NCBI GenBank assembly: GCA_947452995.1
Contig: CANGEV010000012.1
Coordinates: forward strand, 4,848-68,847
Direction of reading: 5' to 3'
Source: Chitinophagales bacterium
Lineage (GTDB): Bacteria; Bacteroidota; Bacteroidia; Chitinophagales; CAIODY01
DNA length: 64,000 nucleotides
Position numbers and translations under genes: made by a program. A model generated the notes under the pieces. That model was given only the letters and a program-made list of their open reading frames with translations. It made no database searches and was not told the DNA's origin. Below, one piece after another: positions 19,163 to 27,842 of the stretch (positions are counted from its first letter, which is position 1; each line of letters starts with the position of its first letter).

Positions 19163-21120
19163 TGCGAAATCTTGCCTATTTAACATTACTTCTATTTTTT
19201 TTTAGTGTCACATGTGAAACGATAAAGGGGCAGCAGGCAAGTGATCTAACTTTTCCTATGCATATCAGTGTAAGTGCTGCTCCGACCAAAAAGATAAGCT
19301 TTAACTGGACGGCTGACACTAATTTTGCGACTATATCATTTTCCAAAAAATTAGTTTCGGCGACAACGTGGGGACCCACCAATACCTATAGCGGAACCAT
19401 TACAAACTATAATGACTTAGCAGTTCAGAAAGGACAGCGCTATGAATATCATATTCAAATTCAACGTAAACATTCACTGCCTACTGTTGATCAATATTAT
19501 AGTGGAGGCTTTGAAAGCAGCAATGAGAGCCTGTTTGGGCAAATGATTTTACTAATCGACTCCAACTATGCCCTACCCTTACAGAATGAACTGGTTCAAT
19601 TACAACTCGATCTCACGGCAGATGGTTGGTGGGTACATCCTCTTTATGTAAATCGAAATAGAAGTGTTGCAAGTATCAAGCAACAATTACAAGCCTTGTA
19701 TTATCAACGTCATGGACTTCCAAGTGCCTTAATGATTGTTGGGCATGTGCCAGTGCCTTATAGCGGCAACCTAAATCCAGACGGGCATCCTGATCATCAA
19801 GGCGCATGGCCTACTGATTTAGTTTACGGCGATATGGATGGAGTTTGGACTGATATAAGTGTCAATACAACAAGTGCAAGCAGAAACGAAAATCAGAATA
19901 CCCCGGGTGATGGCAAGTATGATCAAAGTAATTTACCGAGTGATGTTGAATTAAGTACGGGGCGAATTGATTTTTATAATTTGCCTAGTTTTAGCACATC
20001 GGATACTAGCCTCTTACAGCAATATTTAAATAGATTACATCAATTTAAAATTGGGCAGATTAATTATCGCAAGCGCATGTTGATTGATGATAACTTCGGC
20101 TATTTCAGCGGAGAGGCCTTCGCTCAAAATGGTTATAGAAACGGCTATGCTTGTGTTGGTGGCGATAGTACGCGTACTGGAGACTACTTCACCACTTTAG
20201 CTTCTCAAGATTATTTATGGTCGTACGCATGTGGCGGAGGAAGTTATACAAGTGCTGCAGGAATAGGAACTACAGCAGACTTTTCAAATGTCCCTTTAAA
20301 CCATGCATTCACGATGAGTTTCGGCTCCTACTTTGGGGATTGGGATGCCAGTGATAATTTTATGCGCGCTGCCCTAGCTGGTTCGAATGGCGCTTTCACG
20401 AATTGTTGGGCGGGTCGACCGAATTGGTATTATCATTATTTAAGTGCGGGAATGCCGATGGCTAAGGCCATTGCTGCCAGTCAAAATAATAGTTTTTTAT
20501 ATAATCCGTTAAATTACGGATACTATGGTATTCACATGGAATTCCTAGGCGACCCAAGCTTGCGCCAAGACTATTTTTCACCTTGTCAGAATTTAAGTAC
20601 ACAAGCCATTTATAGTAATAGTCGCGTACAGTTAAATTGGTCGGCTAATCTAGGTAATAATGTTTTGGGCTATGAAGTATTACGTGCGAAAAGCATTCAA
20701 GATTCTTTCTATGTGATTTCACATGGTTTGGTTGGCAGTTCGAATTTTATTGATAGCTTTCCTTTATTGGGTACAAACGTCTATCAAGTACGTGCGATTC
20801 GTTTAGAGCAGAGCATTTGCGGTAGTTATTACAACCACTGTTTAGGTATATTTGATTCGATTGCCAATATCACGCCGAACGGAATAGAGTCTTTAGCTAA
20901 CACAGCATGGAGCGTTTATCCAAGTAGTATTACGGATAATGAATGTTGGAATTTAAGTGGCAGCTACCCTACTTCTAGCCATTTCAAATTGTATGATGAA
21001 ACGGGGGTATTACTTTGGAATGGAAATGCAGAAACGAATCGTATACCGTTTATACCTAAGCGTGCAGGCGTTTACTTCTTAGAAGCGAATGGTGTAACGA
21101 AGAAGGTTTTGAAGTTTTAG
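19162..21120 (+). CDS. T9SS type A CTD secreted protein with FN3-like domains and an unassigned central domain
   Basis: The ATG overlaps the cvpA TGA by 1 nt. It has a signal peptide. FN3-like segments (ISFNWTAD..., VQLNWSAN...YEVLRA) flank a roughly 340-aa core. The C-terminus (WSVYPSS...AGVYFLEANG..KKVLKF) is CTD-like. Confidence 0.65.
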   Translation: MRNLAYLTLLLFFFSVTCETIKGQQASDLTFPMHISVSAAPTKKISFNWTADTNFATISFSKKLVSATTWGPTNTYSGTITNYNDLAVQKGQRYEYHIQIQRKHSLPTVDQYYSGGFESSNESLFGQMILLIDSNYALPLQNELVQLQLDLTADGWWVHPLYVNRNRSVASIKQQLQALYYQRHGLPSALMIVGHVPVPYSGNLNPDGHPDHQGAWPTDLVYGDMDGVWTDISVNTTSASRNENQNTPGDGKYDQSNLPSDVELSTGRIDFYNLPSFSTSDTSLLQQYLNRLHQFKIGQINYRKRMLIDDNFGYFSGEAFAQNGYRNGYACVGGDSTRTGDYFTTLASQDYLWSYACGGGSYTSAAGIGTTADFSNVPLNHAFTMSFGSYFGDWDASDNFMRAALAGSNGAFTNCWAGRPNWYYHYLSAGMPMAKAIAASQNNSFLYNPLNYGYYGIHMEFLGDPSLRQDYFSPCQNLSTQAIYSNSRVQLNWSANLGNNVLGYEVLRAKSIQDSFYVISHGLVGSSNFIDSFPLLGTNVYQVRAIRLEQSICGSYYNHCLGIFDSIANITPNGIESLANTAWSVYPSSITDNECWNLSGSYPTSSHFKLYDETGVLLWNGNAETNRIPFIPKRAGVYFLEANGVTKKVLKF

Positions 21121-21138
21121 TGGCTTTAAAAACTGCTA

Positions 21139-21441
21139 TTAAACATCAATTTTTAATTTCAAACGACCACCTAGACCCTTTTCGACGATCTTTTGCAAAG
21201 TCGATAGTCGTACTTCCTTTACATCATTTTCAATTTTAGAGATATATCCTTTATTCGTTCCACAACGTAACGCAAGTTCTTCTTGCGTTAAACCGAGTTT
21301 TAATCTTGCACTCTGTAACATAAAACCTATTCGAAAACCTTCATATCCTTTTTCGAAATTCTCACGATTTACAGAACCTCTAAAACCGATCTTCGCATCG
21401 ATAAACTCATCAAGCGTTTTTACTTTTTTATTGCTTTTCAT
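21139..21441 (-). CDS. XRE-family HTH antitoxin (HigA-like partner of a Gp49/RelE-family toxin)
   Basis: 100 aa with the HTH LTQEELALRCGTNKGYISKIENDVKEV. Its ATG overlaps the end of the degraded toxin reading frame upstream. Confidence 0.75.
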   Translation of the reverse strand: MKSNKKVKTLDEFIDAKIGFRGSVNRENFEKGYEGFRIGFMLQSARLKLGLTQEELALRCGTNKGYISKIENDVKEVRLSTLQKIVEKGLGGRLKLKIDV

Positions 21442-21771
21442 ATTCTTTTCGGAGTTTTATTGCCTTTTCTAATTCAAGTAATGGAGTCTTGTTAGTCGTC
21501 TTCCTGAAAGCATTTAATAATACAATTTCTTTATCCTGATTAAAAAAGCAGAAGACCCTAAAAATATTTCCAGCCTATGAAATACGCACCTCATAAATAC
21601 CATGCGATGTCTTCAAATGCTTAAAATAAATCTTTGGTATTACGGGCAAATCTTCAATTAATTTTAAAACCCACAATACTTTATTACGACTTTTTTTATC
21701 TAGACCATTGAAAAATCATCAAAATAGTTCCCATATATGACAATCTTTCTGAGCTGTTTCTCATTATTCAT
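21428..21771 (-). pseudogene. degraded RelE/ParE-superfamily (Gp49-like, HigB-type) toxin gene
   Basis: Minus-strand translation from the ATG at 21771 gives MNNEKQLRKIVIYGNYFDDF, then a stop at 21700-21702. Shifting the frame by 1 nt at the homopolymer 21711-21715 restores NGLDKKSRNKVLWVLKLIEDLPVIPKIYFKHLKTSHGIYEVRIS. An in-frame TAG follows at 21575-21577, then AGNIFRVFCFFNQDKEIVLLNAFRKTTNKTPLLELEKAIKLRKEYEKQ. Confidence 0.7.
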
Positions 21772-21785
21772 ATAAAAATAAACTA

Positions 21786-21805
21786 AGTTGTCCTTACGAA
21801 CAACT
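21786..21805. promoter_or_regulatory. inverted repeat, candidate operator of the toxin-antitoxin promoter
   Basis: AGTTGT-N8-ACAACT, 15-35 nt upstream of the degraded toxin's ATG (21771, minus strand). Confidence 0.35.
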
Positions 21806-21869
21806 ATTTTTTGTTAAATCATTATAGAATAACGCGCAGATCCAGTAAAAAAGTATGTATAAATAATTT

Positions 21870-24800
21870 CTATTGCCCTCCCGCACGAATCGCTTTAAAA
21901 TAATCTTCAATCAATTGCTTGTAATACGGGGAGAACTCAGGAGGAACAGTCTGATAACCCTCCATCATAGCCTGACGTTTTTTAATATATTCTAAAACAG
22001 CTGGCGGCAAGGCTGGTGTTTGATCTTGGGCAGTATGACTTTCTCTTTTTTGATCTTTATCTTGTTCTCGAGAGGCGTCTTCTACCTCTAGCAAACGCGT
22101 TTCGATTTGTTTCTGACGGAGCAGCATTTCGTTCGTCAATCGTTTATTGACCAACTCTGTTTCATTTAAATCCATTTGCTTTATCAGCTGATCTAAATTA
22201 CCATACTGTTGTTTTCCGTCCTTGTTGTATTGCTGATTAAATTCTTGAAGTGCCTTGCGTAATGCCGCTTGTTTAGCCGCTAACTGCGCAAACTCCTTGC
22301 TCGTAGTCATTTGAGCCTGACCAGGCTTTTGTTGTCCTTCTTGCTGTCCTTGCCCGCCGCTACCACCGGCTTTCCCTTGCTTTTGCGCACCTGGTTTTTC
22401 GCCAGGTTGTTCACCTGGTTTTGGTTGTCCTTGTTTGCCCATCATTTTCTCTAAGGCATCGCGCATCTCTTTAGACATTTGATTAATATCTTTCAGTTGT
22501 TGACCAGCAGATTTCTTACCGCTCTTACCTTGTCCACTACCACCTGGCTTATTACAAGAACCCGATCCAGGCTTGCTTTGCTGACTTTGTTGTTGTTGCA
22601 TATTCTGCATCGTCTCATTCAACATTAAGGCAAGATTATTGGCTCCTGTCATGATATATTGTTGCTCAGATTGAGCTGCACCACTATTTCTTTGTTCGAG
22701 ATAATCCATTGCACGACTTTGATGTTTGTTTATCTCTGTCATTTGCTCCGTTACATATTTCTTCAATTGGAAGACCGTTTTACCCAAGGAGTACAAAGAG
22801 TCTTCAATCAATTTCGCATCGTCTTTCAATTTACGTTGTTGCTGCATAGCTTGCAAATAAGCTGGCGTATTGATGCTCATGGTCGATACCTTCTTCATCA
22901 AGGCTTCTTGTTCGAATGAGAACTGCAACAAATTTTCTAACAGTTGACGAATCGCTCGAAGATCCATTTCAAGCTGCTCTGCCTCTGCAGATTGCGACTT
23001 AGACTCCATCTTCTGTTGCATCTTCTTCATTTTCTGTGCTGCAGAAGATTGCTTTTTCGAAGCACTACTATTATTTTTTTGTTCTAGTTGATCCGCAGCA
23101 TCCTGTTGATCTTGTTGTGCGTCTTGCTGATCTTCTTGTGTTTTTGCAAGATCCATTTTATTATTCAACTGCTCATCCTGTTTTTTCAGGCTCTCCATCT
23201 GCTTCATCCAATCCTTATACTCTTTATTCAACTGATCTTGCTGTTGCTTTAAGTCAGCGCTTTTTTCTTTCGGAGCTTGTTCTGATTGTTTCGCGAGTTC
23301 GGCTTGCTTATCGGCCATCTCTTTCAACTTCTCCATAGCCATTTGCATTTGCTGATCGAGTTGCATTTGCTTATACAAAGACATCATACGATCCATTTGC
23401 TTTTGTTGCTGATCACCCTCTTGTTGTTTTTCTTTCAACTCACGTACTACATCGTCTTTGGTCATTTGATCAAGCTTGTCTAACATCTGTTGAAGATCTT
23501 TAGCTTGATTTTCATTCTTCATGTCTTTCATCATCTCCTGTAAAGCTTCGAGCTTCTCTTTCATCTCTGGTGTTAGCGCGTTTAAATCATCGAGTCGAGT
23601 TTTATTTTCCTCCAAAGCCTTCTGCATAGAAGACAGCTTATCTTCTAAGGCTTTTTGTTGTTTCTGCAAATTTTCGAGTGCTTTTTGATCTTCGAAAGAG
23701 AGATTACGTTTTTGCAATAATTTCTCTTGCATATTTTTAATCTGATCGCGAATTGCCTTCGCATCTTTCAATGCTTTTTCTAAATCCTTTTGTACATTCT
23801 TATTCGCATCAGTAAGCGCTTTCTCTGTTTCTTCGGCAGAGGCGAGCTTCAATTGTTTAAGCTCCGAACGTGCTGATTTAGGACCATGTATGCCGTCGTT
23901 ATCCCAAGTGATCACATAATAATCTACACGATCTCCGGGTGATAAGCCCAGTGTATTAAAGTCGAATGCGTATTGGAAACTAATCTTGTTTTTACCACTG
24001 TATGGAATATTGATATAACTCCATGCTTCATTCTTAGCGCCGCTCGCAAGGTGTAATTGATAGGCTAATTGTAATTTAGAAATTCCATAGTCGTCTTCAG
24101 CTTTACCATAAAAATAACGTTGGCGTTCTTTCAGTGAATCCGTCAATTCTTCACATTGTAAAATAGGATATTGATCTGATTCGACATTCATTAGATAGCT
24201 AACGCTATCGGCACGTAGCATTTCCTTATTCGCCGTATAAACACTATAGTTGCCCGTTCTGCGCGCAATACATGACACTTTAAAATCGTTCGCTTCATTC
24301 GCTGTCAATTGCGTGGAGTCGGGTAAAACTAATTGCAGTTGCGTAGCATTTTGCGTAGTAAATTTCCAGGTAATGCGTGTTCCTTCGGGAATATTTAAAT
24401 CACCTGACTGACGAAGGATTTCAGACGTACGACCAGTATAGGCGGGATATTGCAATTCAACTTCGAAGCCAATAATTTGTGGACGAAGCACGACTTCTAC
24501 TGTATATAGTTTGGAATGAAATTCACCTGCTTCGAATCTGAAAGTGGCACCCTTTTGTAGATTGCTCAACGCATAACTGAATCGATTGATGCTTTCTTTC
24601 TTCATCTTATACAATTGCCCATCCCAGTTGATTTCAACTTCGTTAGGAAATGCGTCCCCTGTAAGTTCAACTTCAATCAGCAAATCATTCTGCTGCAAGA
24701 CACGCAGTTTTTTTGTTAGCAGGTTAAAGTGAAAAGGAGCTTCTTTTTCAAACTCCACTGCTGGCTGAAACAGTCTTGCGCTCGGTTTCAAAAGGGCATT

Positions 24801-25346
24801 GGGTGCAAATACTAATAAGACGATAAATACCAATACAGGAACAAGCGTATATGGTAAATATTTTTTATTCGACTTTAAATCAACAGCTTTAGTAAATTCA
24901 AAAGGCTGAATCGTACTTGTCTTTTGCTCGATACTTGCCAATAATAAATCCATTGAAACGAGCTTAGTCTCTTGATTGGATAAATCATTCTTCAATTGCA
25001 ATACCGTCAATAATTTATCTTGAATGGGTTCGAAATGCGTCCCAACAATTTTAGCGGCTACCTCATACGACATGCCTTTCGCAAGACCTAGATAGGCGAA
25101 AAGGGGACGGAATAAAAACTGAAAAAAGGTATAGAGCCATAAGCTTGCCCACACACACAATAATACCCAACGAATGTTAGAAGAAAAATAGAACTGTCGC
25201 TCCAGAAAATTCATAGCTAAAAAGCTTACTAAGAGGAGCGCGACAGACAAAAGCAAGCCGCGTATTATCTGATTGAGATAATACTTCCTAATAAAGGCAT
25301 CGAGTTTCTTTATGAGTAAATCTGCTTGGTTCATTGCCTTTTCCAA
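21870..25346 (-). CDS. large membrane-anchored coiled-coil / low-complexity protein (DUF4175-like)
   Basis: 1158 aa. It has N-terminal TM helices, a beta-rich middle region, and a roughly 590-aa Q/K/E/M-rich heptad-like region with G/Q/K/P low-complexity stretches. The conserved-looking tail reads PPEFSPYYKQLIEDYFKAIRAGGQ. The family name is from memory. Confidence 0.6.
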   Translation of the reverse strand: MEKAMNQADLLIKKLDAFIRKYYLNQIIRGLLLSVALLLVSFLAMNFLERQFYFSSNIRWVLLCVWASLWLYTFFQFLFRPLFAYLGLAKGMSYEVAAKIVGTHFEPIQDKLLTVLQLKNDLSNQETKLVSMDLLLASIEQKTSTIQPFEFTKAVDLKSNKKYLPYTLVPVLVFIVLLVFAPNALLKPSARLFQPAVEFEKEAPFHFNLLTKKLRVLQQNDLLIEVELTGDAFPNEVEINWDGQLYKMKKESINRFSYALSNLQKGATFRFEAGEFHSKLYTVEVVLRPQIIGFEVELQYPAYTGRTSEILRQSGDLNIPEGTRITWKFTTQNATQLQLVLPDSTQLTANEANDFKVSCIARRTGNYSVYTANKEMLRADSVSYLMNVESDQYPILQCEELTDSLKERQRYFYGKAEDDYGISKLQLAYQLHLASGAKNEAWSYINIPYSGKNKISFQYAFDFNTLGLSPGDRVDYYVITWDNDGIHGPKSARSELKQLKLASAEETEKALTDANKNVQKDLEKALKDAKAIRDQIKNMQEKLLQKRNLSFEDQKALENLQKQQKALEDKLSSMQKALEENKTRLDDLNALTPEMKEKLEALQEMMKDMKNENQAKDLQQMLDKLDQMTKDDVVRELKEKQQEGDQQQKQMDRMMSLYKQMQLDQQMQMAMEKLKEMADKQAELAKQSEQAPKEKSADLKQQQDQLNKEYKDWMKQMESLKKQDEQLNNKMDLAKTQEDQQDAQQDQQDAADQLEQKNNSSASKKQSSAAQKMKKMQQKMESKSQSAEAEQLEMDLRAIRQLLENLLQFSFEQEALMKKVSTMSINTPAYLQAMQQQRKLKDDAKLIEDSLYSLGKTVFQLKKYVTEQMTEINKHQSRAMDYLEQRNSGAAQSEQQYIMTGANNLALMLNETMQNMQQQQSQQSKPGSGSCNKPGGSGQGKSGKKSAGQQLKDINQMSKEMRDALEKMMGKQGQPKPGEQPGEKPGAQKQGKAGGSGGQGQQEGQQKPGQAQMTTSKEFAQLAAKQAALRKALQEFNQQYNKDGKQQYGNLDQLIKQMDLNETELVNKRLTNEMLLRQKQIETRLLEVEDASREQDKDQKRESHTAQDQTPALPPAVLEYIKKRQAMMEGYQTVPPEFSPYYKQLIEDYFKAIRAGGQ

Positions 25347-25428
25347 AGATGCACAAAAATCGTCAAATACACAGCTCCAAAATGTTAATGATTTATCCTA
25401 CATTTGTTTAGTATTAAAATATCTGAAA

Positions 25429-26196
25429 ATGGAACGTAGTCCGATAATTTCAGTGAACGATTTGCGAAAAAGTTATGGCGAATTTGAAGCTGTAAAAGGT
25501 ATCAGTTTTGATGTCTATGAAGGTGAGATATTTGGATTACTTGGGCCGAATGGTGCGGGTAAGACAACTACCTTGGAAATTATGGAAACGCTTCGCGACA
25601 AAAGCGCGGGAAGTGTATTGATTGACGGACTTTCAGTAGACAACGCGCAAAATCAAATCAAGCAGATAATCGGCGTACAATTGCAAGCGGCTGGGTTTTA
25701 TCCAGGCTTACACTTATTAGACCTATTGGAATTGTTTTCCGGCTTATATAATGTCAAGATCGACCCTATGGCGATTCTTGAAAAGGTGAACTTAGCAGAA
25801 AAGGCAAAGGCCAAATACAAAGATCTGAGTGGTGGGCAGAAACAGCGTTTCAGCATTGCGACTACCTTGATCAATACACCTAAAATTATTTTCTTAGACG
25901 AACCAACTACCGGTCTTGATCCGCAAGCGCGACGTAACCTTTGGGATTTGATTCGTCAGGTTAGAGATAATGGCACGACCGTAATGATTACCACGCACTA
26001 TATGGATGAGGCAGAGCAATTGTGTGATCGCGTCGGTATTATGGAGAAGGGCTCCTTAATAGCCTTAGATACGCCAGATAATTTAATCGATCAATTGGTG
26101 GCTAAAGGATTCATTCGTCCGAAACAAGTAAAGCAAGCCAATCTAGAGGATGTATTTCTAGATTTGACCGGTGTTGAATGGCAAGTAGAATCGTAA
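25429..26196 (+). CDS. ABC transporter ATP-binding protein (ABC-2/DrrA-like)
   Basis: Walker A GPNGAGKTT, signature LSGGQKQR, Walker B IIFLDEPTTGLD. I prefer the start at 25429 (MERSPIISVNDL); the ORF-track start at 25312 overlaps the divergent gene. Confidence 0.85.
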   Translation: MERSPIISVNDLRKSYGEFEAVKGISFDVYEGEIFGLLGPNGAGKTTTLEIMETLRDKSAGSVLIDGLSVDNAQNQIKQIIGVQLQAAGFYPGLHLLDLLELFSGLYNVKIDPMAILEKVNLAEKAKAKYKDLSGGQKQRFSIATTLINTPKIIFLDEPTTGLDPQARRNLWDLIRQVRDNGTTVMITTHYMDEAEQLCDRVGIMEKGSLIALDTPDNLIDQLVAKGFIRPKQVKQANLEDVFLDLTGVEWQVES

Positions 26197-26201
26197 GCAG
26201 C

Positions 26202-27842
26202 ATGCAAAAAGGAAAATTTTGGTTGATGGGTTTAATAGCAGTCGTTGTCTTAACGGCCGCTGGGGAGAGCTATTTTGAAATAAATAAAAACCTAGAATTA
26301 TTTTCCTCTTTCTACAAGGAGTTATTGAGTAACTACGCAGATCCTATCGATCAGGAGAAGGTTGTAAAGGCGGGTATTGATGCGATGTTGGGTTCTTTAG
26401 ATCCTTATACGACCTATATCCCGGAAGGTGATATGGCCAATTACAAATTCCAAACAACGGGGAAGTACGGCGGCATTGGTGCTACGGTACGTGATTTGGG
26501 GGATTATATCGTAATCGCAGAGCCGTATGAAGGCTTTCCAGCACAGAAGTCGGGTTTGAAGGCGGGTGATGCGATTCTTAGTATTGATGCGACTGATTGT
26601 AAAGGCAAAAGTGTGGACGAAATTTCACACTTTTTGAAAGGTCCGGCAGGATCAATTATTACCATTAAGGTACAACGCCCAGGAACAAAAGAGCCTATTA
26701 GCATTCCATTACAACGAGAAGAAATCCATCTCAATGCGGTGAGCTATGCGGGCCTATTAGATGGGCAGTTTGGATATGTACGTTTTACACAATTTACAGA
26801 TAATAGTGCACGTGATTTAGAACGTGCCTTGCGGCAATTGAAAAAAGAAAATCCCTCCATCAAAGGTTGGATATTAGATTTAAGAGGGAATCCTGGAGGA
26901 TTACTTACCGAAGCGGTGGATGTAGCTAATTTATTTGTTACCAAGAACAGCCCTATAGTGAGTACTCGCGGAAGAAAGCCAAGTTCTACGAAATTATTCA
27001 AGGCCTTGAATGAACCATTTGATGCGCAAACGCCACTGATTGTGCTCACTGCTCGCAACTCAGCTTCTGCAAGTGAAATTGTAGCAGGGGCTATTCAAGA
27101 TTTGGATAGAGGTTTGGTGGTCGGACAACGGAGCTTTGGTAAAGGATTAGTGCAAACAACGTTTCCCTTAACTGGTTTGCGTGCGCAGATAAAGATCACA
27201 ACAGCCAAATATTATACGCCAAGTGGACGCTGCATACAAGCGCTAGACTATTCTCATCGTAATAGCGACGGATCAGTGGACAAGGTGGCTGACTCATTGA
27301 AGCATGCCTTTCAAACCTTAAAAGGCAGAACAGTTTATGACGGCGGTGGAATCGAACCTGATGCACCCGTTGCGGCTAAAGAATACAGTCAACTCATGAG
27401 TGTTTTAGTAACTAAAAATTTATTATTTGAATACGCTACGCACTATGTTTTAAATCATCCTTCTGTGAATAGTATAAGAGATTGGCAATGGAATGAGATT
27501 GCAGATTTAGAGCAGTTTCTAGAGACACGTTCCTTTACGTATGAAGCTGCAGGAGAAACAGAACTAACCTTGCTTCAAAAGAAGGCAAAAGAAAATGGAG
27601 AACAGGAATTGCTAGAAGAATTAAAAGCGTTTAAAGCGTCCTTACACCGTTCACTACATGAGTCATTGCAAGAGAACAAATCGGAGCTCAGCGAATTATT
27701 GAGTACTGAGATTGCCAGTCGCTATGCCTTACAGAAAGGGCGTTTCCAGAACGCGTTCCAATTCGATGCAGACATTAAAGAGGCTACTCGTCTATTGAAA
27801 GACAAGTTGAATTATGAGCAATTATTACAATTAAAAAAGTGA
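26202..27842 (+). CDS. S41-family C-terminal processing (tail-specific) peptidase with PDZ domain
   Basis: N-terminal TM anchor, a PDZ segment (GLKAGDAILSID), and S41 motifs DLRGNPGG and NSASASEIVAGA..GQRSFGKG. The start could be 26202 or 26178. Confidence 0.85.
   Translation: MQKGKFWLMGLIAVVVLTAAGESYFEINKNLELFSSFYKELLSNYADPIDQEKVVKAGIDAMLGSLDPYTTYIPEGDMANYKFQTTGKYGGIGATVRDLGDYIVIAEPYEGFPAQKSGLKAGDAILSIDATDCKGKSVDEISHFLKGPAGSIITIKVQRPGTKEPISIPLQREEIHLNAVSYAGLLDGQFGYVRFTQFTDNSARDLERALRQLKKENPSIKGWILDLRGNPGGLLTEAVDVANLFVTKNSPIVSTRGRKPSSTKLFKALNEPFDAQTPLIVLTARNSASASEIVAGAIQDLDRGLVVGQRSFGKGLVQTTFPLTGLRAQIKITTAKYYTPSGRCIQALDYSHRNSDGSVDKVADSLKHAFQTLKGRTVYDGGGIEPDAPVAAKEYSQLMSVLVTKNLLFEYATHYVLNHPSVNSIRDWQWNEIADLEQFLETRSFTYEAAGETELTLLQKKAKENGEQELLEELKAFKASLHRSLHESLQENKSELSELLSTEIASRYALQKGRFQNAFQFDADIKEATRLLKDKLNYEQLLQLKK

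Noticed and set aside
22080-23850. DNA-level tandem repeat within the Q/K/E-rich region of the 1158-aa gene
   Set aside because: The amino-acid composition is repetitive, but I could not find exact or near-exact nucleotide repeat units by eye. It looks like low-complexity coding sequence rather than a satellite.
25312-25428. N-terminal extension of the ABC ATPase ORF, overlapping the start of the divergent 1158-aa gene
   Set aside because: The extension (MSKSAWFIAFSKDAQ...) precedes the conserved ABC N-terminus and would overlap the divergent gene's first codons. The ATG at 25429 gives a canonical start.
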